NCBI GenBank assembly: GCA_964354495.1
Contig: CAYHAA010000014.1
Coordinates: 1-9,260, forward strand
From: an uncultured archaeon
Lineage (GTDB): Archaea > Asgardarchaeota > Thorarchaeia > Thorarchaeales > Thorarchaeaceae
Length of the DNA stretch: 9,260 nt
Reading direction: 5' to 3'
The notes under the pieces are model-generated. The model saw only the letters and a program-made list of their open reading frames with translations. It searched no databases and was not told the DNA's origin. The position numbers and the translations under genes are program-made. Positions 1-6,380 of this stretch are shown here, one piece after another; position 1 is the first letter of the stretch, and each line of letters begins with the position of its first letter.

Positions 1-1056
1 TCTCAGCCTTTCGAACCGGAGGTACGAGATGGGCGTCTGTGGGGAAGAGGCGTTGCTGATAACAAGGGCGACACAACATCGCGAATTCAGGTCATCAGGG
101 CATTCAAGGAAACGGGCACAGATCTTCCAGTGAATGTCAAGTTCGTCATCGAAGGTGAAGAGGAAACAGGCAGTCTCCATCTTTCAGAATACACCGAGAA
201 GAATAAGGATTTCATCACTGCAGACGGAGGTATTTGGGAGTTTGGCGGAGCAGGTATTGACGGGAGACAAGAGGCGTGGTTGGGCCTCAAGGGAATCTTC
301 TATGTAGAGCTGGAGGTTGAGCGACTGTCCAAGAATGTCCATTCAAGTCTTGCATGCATCCTGCCATCTGCAGCCTATCGTCTTGTTTGGGCACTCAGTA
401 CTCTCAGGGACGCGAATAGCAGGATACTGATTGACGGATTCTATGATGGCCTGAAACTGCTGACGAGGGATGAGATCAAGGCTATTGAGAAGATTGATCT
501 TCACGAGGCTGACTTCAAAGAAATATATGCGATTGATAAGTACCTGAATGGGCTCAGTGGTATGGAGCTCAAGAAAGCGTACTATGGAGCCCCCACATGC
601 AACATATGTGGATTCACCAGCGGGTATCAAGGAAAGGGATCTATGACAGTCCTTCCCGCGAAAGCATCGGTGAAAATTGACTTTCGTCTGGTTGAAGGCA
701 TGCACCCAGACGATATTCATAGGAAACTCCGCAGGCATCTTGATAGCCATGGTTTCAACGATATCAAAATCGGCTATATCGAGGGCTATCCACCGGCGAA
801 GACTCCCATAAGCCATCCGTTCGTCAAGATCGTTGAAGCTGCAAACAGACGAGTCTTCGGTGATCTCATCATCCATCCTACAAGTCCGGGTTCTGGTCCG
901 CTCTATCTATTCAACAGGTACGTTCCAATGGTATCTGTGGGATGTAGTGACCATCTCGGAAACGCGCACTCACCTAATGAGAGCATTTCGCTCGAGAACT
1001 TCCGCAGGGCGCAGCATAGAATAGTGGCTATCATGGATGAGATGAGCCGCTGGTAA
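1..1056 (+). CDS. M20/M25/M40-family metallo-hydrolase (ArgE/DapE-like dipeptidase/carboxypeptidase), 5' end outside the window
   Basis: Frame 1 is open from base 1 (SQPFEPEVRDGRLWGRGVADNKG...), so the listed start at 130 is internal. M20 motifs are present: GRGxxDNKG (metal Asp), VKFVIEGEEETGS (catalytic and metal Glu), GIWE, PTCNICGFTSGYQGKG...VLPAKASVKIDFRLV (dimerisation domain) and NAHSPNESI (metal His). Stop TAA at 1054-1056. Confidence 0.9.
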   Translation, partial: SQPFEPEVRDGRLWGRGVADNKGDTTSRIQVIRAFKETGTDLPVNVKFVIEGEEETGSLHLSEYTEKNKDFITADGGIWEFGGAGIDGRQEAWLGLKGIFYVELEVERLSKNVHSSLACILPSAAYRLVWALSTLRDANSRILIDGFYDGLKLLTRDEIKAIEKIDLHEADFKEIYAIDKYLNGLSGMELKKAYYGAPTCNICGFTSGYQGKGSMTVLPAKASVKIDFRLVEGMHPDDIHRKLRRHLDSHGFNDIKIGYIEGYPPAKTPISHPFVKIVEAANRRVFGDLIIHPTSPGSGPLYLFNRYVPMVSVGCSDHLGNAHSPNESISLENFRRAQHRIVAIMDEMSRW

Positions 1057-1084
1057 GAGATGGCGCTCGGCGTACTTAGAGAAT

Positions 1085-2662
1085 TCACGGAAGTGGGGGT
1101 TTCACAATGAGGCCCTTCTCCCATTCGACCTCAAAACCGTATTCAATCTTGAGTTCCTTACCGCTTTCGAGCTTGGTTTCCCAGGTGGCAATTCCAAGTT
1201 CCAAGGTCTTGTACGCCAACGTCGGTTGGCTCATCTGAATGATGATCTTCTCTGACGTGCTATATGGAATTCGATCTACAATGCGTATCTCGATTTCACT
1301 CTTGGAGAAGTTCTTCAGTTCGAGGAGATACTTGTAGCCCCTCTTCTGTTTGCCCCGCGTCAGTCCGGCCTTCTCTGTATCTTTCTCCTTCAGTTTCTTC
1401 TCGGCCTTCACATCATAGGCAGCTCTTGTTCCCAATCTGAATTTCTCACGTGGAGCAATGGTACTGATGCCTGTTTCGCCAATGAAGTTTCCATCTGCAT
1501 ACACTTTCACATTTCCTGGGAGTATCACAAGGTTTCCATTAGTAATCTCATCTTGAGCAACAACCTCGGTCATTGCTGAAGCATTCCAGTAATGAAGCCT
1601 CTTTGACTCAAAGCTATCCAATGTCAGTGTGATAGGCTGCGGGTCTCTATTGGCTTCAATTGTGATCTTGCCAGGTACATCATAGATTGTGATTCCACTC
1701 AGGCTCTCGGACGCCTCAGCATACTCTTCAACCATCTCTGGCATGGGCTCTGCTTCCTCCTTTTCCATGAGTTTTTCAGAGTCCATCGCCATCGCTGGTG
1801 CTGCCTCAGCATAGCGACCTCCCCCGGCATAAGCACGTGCCTGTGGAGCAGGTCGATATATGTCGACGTAGAATGGTTGCGGCTTCACTGCCTCGACTGG
1901 TCGTGCAGAGGCTGTTGATACAACCAGATCGATGTCTTCCCAGTTCTCCATCGTGTTGTTGTATATCATAGCGATGCGCTTCAGAGATGCCTCACCCTGT
2001 CCAATGTCTACGTCATACGTGGAGTACCAACTCGCAACTGATAGTTGGTAAATCACTTCGAGTTCTAGAGGTGTACTCTCCTTTACGTCAAGGGTCACAT
2101 AGACCTCAGTAAATGTCTGAGTCCGTCTCTCGCCCTGTATCCGCTGGATATTATTGCGAAGAGCAGCGATTTCACCATCGATTCGTTCAAGTTCCGTGGA
2201 TAATGTGCGAAGGGTCCTCTTGGTGTCCAAGACCAGGTCCTGATTCATCTTGTCCATTTTGGTCAGATGGTCCATACCTGTTTCACCCACGCTGAACCAT
2301 TTGCCAAACTCGGAACTGAATTGTGTCATCATCGTCGTAAGGTGGTTGGTTCTGATTTTCTGAAGTTCTATCTGATCCTGAATACCTCTCTTCTCTTTCT
2401 CAAGACTCTTCAGTTCCATCAGGTCCTCTTTGATGTCACTCTGTGGCTCGTACGTCTGCGTCGTTTTCTTTACGTCAATGCCTCGGAGAATGGCTTTCCC
2501 ATGGCCTCTTACGCGAAAACTATCTTGCAGTGCATACTCGGTAATTCCCCCGACTCGTACGACTTGCTCTCCCTTGATCAGTTCAGTTTTGCCAATTCTT
2601 GTTATTCTAGCGCCATCGCGGAAGACTGTTGCGCTTGTGATTCTTGTATCCATGTCTTTCAT
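1085..2662 (-). CDS. DUF4139/DUF4140-domain protein (mucoidy inhibitor MuiA-like), paralogue 2, 525 aa
   Basis: N-terminal 'ITSATVFRDGARITR' beta region (DUF4140-like), then about 110 aa of heptad-rich helical hairpin, then 'ASWYSTYDV', 'NNTMENWEDIDLVVSTASA', 'ILPGNVKVYADGNFIGET' and 'IRIVDRIPYS' (DUF4139-like). I moved the start from the track's 2713 to ATG 2662: AGGAGG lies 7 nt upstream, MKDMDTRITS aligns residue-for-residue with MTELETKISS of the paralogue, and it removes a 40-nt overlap. Confidence 0.85.
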   Translation of the reverse strand: MKDMDTRITSATVFRDGARITRIGKTELIKGEQVVRVGGITEYALQDSFRVRGHGKAILRGIDVKKTTQTYEPQSDIKEDLMELKSLEKEKRGIQDQIELQKIRTNHLTTMMTQFSSEFGKWFSVGETGMDHLTKMDKMNQDLVLDTKRTLRTLSTELERIDGEIAALRNNIQRIQGERRTQTFTEVYVTLDVKESTPLELEVIYQLSVASWYSTYDVDIGQGEASLKRIAMIYNNTMENWEDIDLVVSTASARPVEAVKPQPFYVDIYRPAPQARAYAGGGRYAEAAPAMAMDSEKLMEKEEAEPMPEMVEEYAEASESLSGITIYDVPGKITIEANRDPQPITLTLDSFESKRLHYWNASAMTEVVAQDEITNGNLVILPGNVKVYADGNFIGETGISTIAPREKFRLGTRAAYDVKAEKKLKEKDTEKAGLTRGKQKRGYKYLLELKNFSKSEIEIRIVDRIPYSTSEKIIIQMSQPTLAYKTLELGIATWETKLESGKELKIEYGFEVEWEKGLIVKPPLP

Positions 2663-2669
2663 TGGTTGG

Positions 2670-2675
2670 CCTCCT
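2670..2675 (-). promoter_or_regulatory. Shine-Dalgarno AGGAGG for DUF4139 paralogue 2, fused to the TAG stop of paralogue 1
   Basis: Minus strand reads CCA TAG GAGG CCAACCA ATG. The spacer is 7 nt. Confidence 0.8.
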
Positions 2676-4248
2676 ATGGTAATGGCGGGTGTATTGTGAC
2701 TCCCTTCTCCCATGAAACATCGTACTCGTACTCGACAATTGCTTTCTGATTCGGCTGGATTGTCTTATGCCACTCAACAACACCCAAGTTCTGACTCTTT
2801 GTTCCAGTCTTCTCCCAGTCAGCTTTGACTTCAATGGCAGGATTGAGACTATGGGGAATCCTGTCAAAGATATCAATCTCTATCGCACGCTTCGAGAAGC
2901 TCTGGACCTCGAGACGATACGCATACGAGCGTTTCAGTTTCCCGTGTGTCACACCGGCCTTCTCAACTTCTCGACGGGTGAGTTTTTTCTCTGCCTTGAC
3001 ATCCTGTGCAATACGGGTTCCAATCTTGAACGACTCTCTAGGCGATATCTGAGGAACAGTGGTTTCTCCTATGTAATCTCCCTCTGCGTAGACTCTGGCA
3101 GTTCCCGGCAGGATGACGTTGTCGGCATTCGTAACCTTGTCTTGTGCAACTACCTCTGCCATTCCCTCTGCGTACCAGTAGTGTACCGTTTCAGAGCCAA
3201 GGTTCTCCTCAATCAGTGTGACTGGATGTTTCTCATTATCAGAGGGAATGATGACTGGTTTCGGGAGTTCGTAGATGGCAATCCCCGAAACTGCCTCTGA
3301 TGGCTCTGCAAATTCCTCTTCGATTTCCGGAGGCGGAGCAGGCGGTGCTTCCGCCTTCATGGCCATGGATGCAGCTGATGGCATAGCAAGCGCTCTCTTC
3401 ATTTTTCGTGAGTCAATCCTTGCGAGTTCCTCTGACGGATCATACACTCCGACATAGTATGGAGTGGCTTCTATTGCCTCAGTCGGCCTTGCTGTGGCTG
3501 TTGATACGACAAGACTGACATTATTCCAGTCTTCTCTGGTCCGATTGTAAAGAAGTGCCATTCTGCGTAGCTTGGATTCTCCTGGATAGAGATCCACATC
3601 GTAGATTGGTTGCCAATGACCATTCTGTGTTTGATAGGTGATTTCCAGCTCAATGTCTGCTTCCTCAGATACCTCAAGAGAAACCTCAACAGTGTTTGTC
3701 ATCTCTGTCCTTCGCTCAGAACCGATTCTTCCTATGTTTGCTCTCACCACCTCAATCTTCTTGCTTATCTCTTGCAGCTTATCCTCCAGTTCTCTGATTG
3801 TCCTCTGAGTATCGAGCATCAGCTTGGAGGACTTCTTGTCCATCTCTGTGAGTTGGGTTATCTCTCCCTCATTTGCAGCATACACTAGTCCAAAGTGATT
3901 GGAAAACTCCGAGGTCATACTCTTGAGATTCGCTAGTTTCGAGCTGTGAAACTCAATCTGATCCTTGGTTTCATCATATTGTTTTTGGAGCTGCTTCAGT
4001 TCCTCGTGCAGAGGTTTCACATCCTCGGATGGCTCATATACCTGCGATACTTGCTGGACATCAATACTGGAGAGCTTTGCGGGTCCTCTGCCTTTTACTC
4101 GAAAGCTATCCCTTTGTGCAAGCTCAGTAATCTTGCCGACCGTGACTCTCTGCGCACCTTTTCCAAGGTGTGTCTTGCCTACACGCGTGACTCTCGCGCC
4201 ATCTCGAAAGATAGATACACTGGATATCTTTGTCTCTAGTTCTGTCAC
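2674..4248 (-). CDS. DUF4139/DUF4140-domain protein (MuiA-like), paralogue 1, 524 aa, GTG start
   Basis: Same architecture as 1085-2662: 'ISSVSIFRDGARVTR', a coiled-coil, 'GHWQPIYDV', 'NRTREDWNNVSLVVSTATA', 'ILPGTARVYAEGDYIGET' and 'IFDRIPHS'. By manual alignment 42 of the first 73 residues are identical to paralogue 2. The GTG at 4248 aligns with the paralogue's Met1. Confidence 0.85.
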   Translation of the reverse strand: MTELETKISSVSIFRDGARVTRVGKTHLGKGAQRVTVGKITELAQRDSFRVKGRGPAKLSSIDVQQVSQVYEPSEDVKPLHEELKQLQKQYDETKDQIEFHSSKLANLKSMTSEFSNHFGLVYAANEGEITQLTEMDKKSSKLMLDTQRTIRELEDKLQEISKKIEVVRANIGRIGSERRTEMTNTVEVSLEVSEEADIELEITYQTQNGHWQPIYDVDLYPGESKLRRMALLYNRTREDWNNVSLVVSTATARPTEAIEATPYYVGVYDPSEELARIDSRKMKRALAMPSAASMAMKAEAPPAPPPEIEEEFAEPSEAVSGIAIYELPKPVIIPSDNEKHPVTLIEENLGSETVHYWYAEGMAEVVAQDKVTNADNVILPGTARVYAEGDYIGETTVPQISPRESFKIGTRIAQDVKAEKKLTRREVEKAGVTHGKLKRSYAYRLEVQSFSKRAIEIDIFDRIPHSLNPAIEVKADWEKTGTKSQNLGVVEWHKTIQPNQKAIVEYEYDVSWEKGVTIHPPLP

Positions 4249-4269
4249 TGCATTTATCCCGCCCGTTTG

Positions 4270-4295
4270 GTGTACACAGGTCCATTTATTCTTTC
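4270..4295 (-). promoter_or_regulatory. Possible weak BRE/TATA-like promoter (GAAAGA-ATAAAT) with a downstream 8-bp palindrome GTGTACAC, upstream of the DUF4139 pair
   Basis: Minus strand reads GAAAGAATAAATGGACCTGTGTACACC, with the AT-rich box ending about 35 nt before the GTG start. The match to the archaeal TATA consensus is loose. Confidence 0.25.
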
Positions 4296-4369
4296 AGGGC
4301 AGGGCGTAGAGTAATGAAGAGGGCAACAAGCTCGGGGTGGCTCGCCCAATTATCTATACTGACTCTGAC

Positions 4370-5347
4370 TCAGTAGAGGTGACATGCGACCATTCGACCA
4401 TCGGATACTTCTTTCAGTTTTGGCACTTCAAGCGGACACCTTTCAAAAGCCCTTGGGCACCTAGGATGGAATCTACATCCACTTGGTGGGTTGATGGGAC
4501 TGGGAATCTCTCCACGCGGGACTGCCTCGTTCTTCTGAGCTCTCGGATTCGGCACTGGTATCGCGTTCATTAGACCAACTGAATAGGGATGAAGAGGATG
4601 CTCATAGATGCTGTCCCTGTCCGCAAGCTCGATGATTTGCCCAAGATACATGATTGCAATCCTATCGCAGACATGCCTGGCTGTTGCCAGGTCATGACTG
4701 ATGAATAGGTAGGTCAAATTGAGTTCTTTCTTCAATTCTGTCATCAGGTTCAGAATCTGTGCCTTAATTGAAACATCCACCATTGCTACTGGTTCGTCTG
4801 TCACGATGAATTCAGGTTTGAGGATGATTGCCCTGCCAAAGACCACGCGCTGTTTTTGGCCGCCGCTCAGCTGATGAGGAAGTCGGTCATAGAATGAGCT
4901 AGGTGGAGAGAGACCTACTTTCTCCAATGTTTCCTCAGCTCTCTCCTTTCTCTCTGTCTTCGTTCCAATGCCCTGAAGTCTCAAAGCATCAGCAATAGCG
5001 TCTCCTACCTTCATCCTTGGGTTGAGCGACGAAGTGGGATCCTGGAATGTGAACTGCAGACGCCTTCTCAGCAGACGTAGTTGTTGTCCCTTGATCAAGG
5101 CAATGTCCTGTTCATCATAGATGATTTCACCCTCAGTTGGCCGCAGAAGTCTCACTGCCAGTCTGCCTGTGGTGGTCTTTCCCGAGCCGCTCTCTCCAGC
5201 AAGCCCTAGGACCTCTCCCTTCTTGATTTCAAATGAAACTCCATCCACAGCTCTCACATACTCTTGGCCTCTTGATATGAGAGATTCAACGAAGCCCTTT
5301 TGTACCGGGAAAAATTTGCTTACGTTTCTGAATTCAATGAGTGCCAA
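4370..5347 (-). CDS. oppF: Oligopeptide/dipeptide ABC transporter ATP-binding subunit (OppF/DppF), 325 aa, TTG start
   Basis: Walker A GESGSGKT, Q-loop FQDPTSSLNPRM, signature LSGGQKQR, Walker B IVTDEP, H-loop ISHD, and the C-terminal HPLHPY...GEIPSPINPPSGCRFHPRC...ACHLY domain. GGAGG (5356-5360) lies 8 nt upstream of the TTG, and the gene overlaps oppD by 14 nt. Confidence 0.93.
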   Translation of the reverse strand: MALIEFRNVSKFFPVQKGFVESLISRGQEYVRAVDGVSFEIKKGEVLGLAGESGSGKTTTGRLAVRLLRPTEGEIIYDEQDIALIKGQQLRLLRRRLQFTFQDPTSSLNPRMKVGDAIADALRLQGIGTKTERKERAEETLEKVGLSPPSSFYDRLPHQLSGGQKQRVVFGRAIILKPEFIVTDEPVAMVDVSIKAQILNLMTELKKELNLTYLFISHDLATARHVCDRIAIMYLGQIIELADRDSIYEHPLHPYSVGLMNAIPVPNPRAQKNEAVPRGEIPSPINPPSGCRFHPRCPRAFERCPLEVPKLKEVSDGRMVACHLY

Positions 5348-6374
5348 TCATCATCCCTCCGTAGTAGAGATGGCATGCCACGAGTCGTCCAGGCTCTACC
5401 TCAACCAGTGGTGGTACAATCTTCGTGCAGATATCCATTGCATGGGGGCATCTTGGATGATACATGCATCCGGGAAGTGGATTAACAAGGTCTGGGGGAG
5501 CACCAGGAATCCAGGCAAGTTGCTTCTCGGGATGGGTGACATCAGGAACGGATTGAAGCAGCGCTTGTGCATATGGATGGAGGGGTTTCTCAAACAAATC
5601 CAGTGTTGGCGATAATTCCACCACTCTACTTGTGTACATGATGGCAATCTTATCAGCTGTCTGAGCGAGCACCCCGAGATTGTGTGTTATGAGGATCATC
5701 GTGAGATTGAACTGGTCCTTGAGCGCTGCAATTTCCTCAAGTATTTGCGCTTCGACTATTACATCGAGAGAGGTCGTAGGCTCATCAGCGATTAGTAGCT
5801 TGGGTCTTAGGGCAAGACCAAGACCGATCATGACTCGCTGCCTCATCCCCCCACTGAATTGATGGGGATAGTCGGTCACCCTTTCAGGATTGATGCCCAA
5901 GCCGATGAGTATCTTTTTCGCTCTATCAATGGCGTTCTCATCCTTGATTGCAGGGTCATGGGCTTTCATAATCTCGATGAAGTGCGTACCAACAGTGGCC
6001 ATCGGATTCAAGGAAGTCATAGGATCTTGGAAAATGTAAGAGATCTCCTTTCCACGGACGGCCCTCATCTCCTTTTCGTTCAACTTCATGAGGTTGATCT
6101 GTCCTCTTTCAATCGTGGCATCACTTGTCACGATATCTTCCTTGAAATTGAATATGATGTCGCCAGTTATGATTCGCCCTGGATAGGGCACAAGCCGCAT
6201 GATTGCCCTGCCAAGAGTGCTCTTTCCACAACCGCTCTCTCCGGCAATCCCGAGAGTCTTATTCTCAGGAATATCAAGCGTAACTGAGTCGACTCCTCTA
6301 GCTACACCTCTTCGCGTCTTGTATTCGACTGACAGATTTCTGATCTCAAGAAGGTTGTTCTCACTCTCGATCAC
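5334..6374 (-). CDS. oppD: Oligopeptide/dipeptide ABC transporter ATP-binding subunit (OppD/DppD), 346 aa, GTG start
   Basis: Walker A GESGCGKS, FQDPMTSLNP, YPHQFSGGMRQR, LLIADEPTTSLDV, ITHNLGV, and the C-terminal HPY...IPGAPP...GCMYHPRC...ACH domain. AGGAG-TGA lies just upstream, with 6 nt between the oppC stop and the GTG. Confidence 0.93.
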   Translation of the reverse strand: MIESENNLLEIRNLSVEYKTRRGVARGVDSVTLDIPENKTLGIAGESGCGKSTLGRAIMRLVPYPGRIITGDIIFNFKEDIVTSDATIERGQINLMKLNEKEMRAVRGKEISYIFQDPMTSLNPMATVGTHFIEIMKAHDPAIKDENAIDRAKKILIGLGINPERVTDYPHQFSGGMRQRVMIGLGLALRPKLLIADEPTTSLDVIVEAQILEEIAALKDQFNLTMILITHNLGVLAQTADKIAIMYTSRVVELSPTLDLFEKPLHPYAQALLQSVPDVTHPEKQLAWIPGAPPDLVNPLPGCMYHPRCPHAMDICTKIVPPLVEVEPGRLVACHLYYGGMMIGTH

Positions 6375-6380
6375 GACTCA

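Noticed and set aside
87-1124. Short ORFs overlapping the peptidase (87-290, 343-876, 903-1124 on minus; 833-1024 on plus)
   Set aside because: They lie inside or antisense to a motif-complete M20 gene and show no recognisable motifs, so they are shadow ORFs.
2663-2713. 17-residue N-terminal extension (MGEGSHNTPAITIGGQP) of the 542-aa ORF
   Set aside because: It overlaps the upstream paralogue's 3' end in another frame. The SD position and paralogue alignment both point to ATG 2662.
1113-2713. Shared 12-nt cccttctcccat (1113-1124 and 2702-2713) as a DNA repeat or gene-conversion tract
   Set aside because: It simply encodes the conserved WEKG peptide, and flanking codons are synonymously diverged.
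4124-4285. 53-codon out-of-frame ORF from ATG 4285 (MDLCTPNGRDKC..., 5 Cys) overlapping the start of DUF4139 paralogue 1
   Set aside because: It has no SD and no metal-binding Cys spacing, and is mostly an alternate frame of a conserved gene. A frameshifted N-terminus is unnecessary because the GTG aligns with the paralogue's Met1.
2113-4309. Antisense and alternate-frame ORFs over the DUF4139 genes (e.g. 2267-2749, 2767-3300, 3610-3888, 3965-4309)
   Set aside because: These are Leu/Ser/Phe-rich translations expected from the reverse complement of Glu/Lys-rich coiled-coil codons, with no SD or domain signal.
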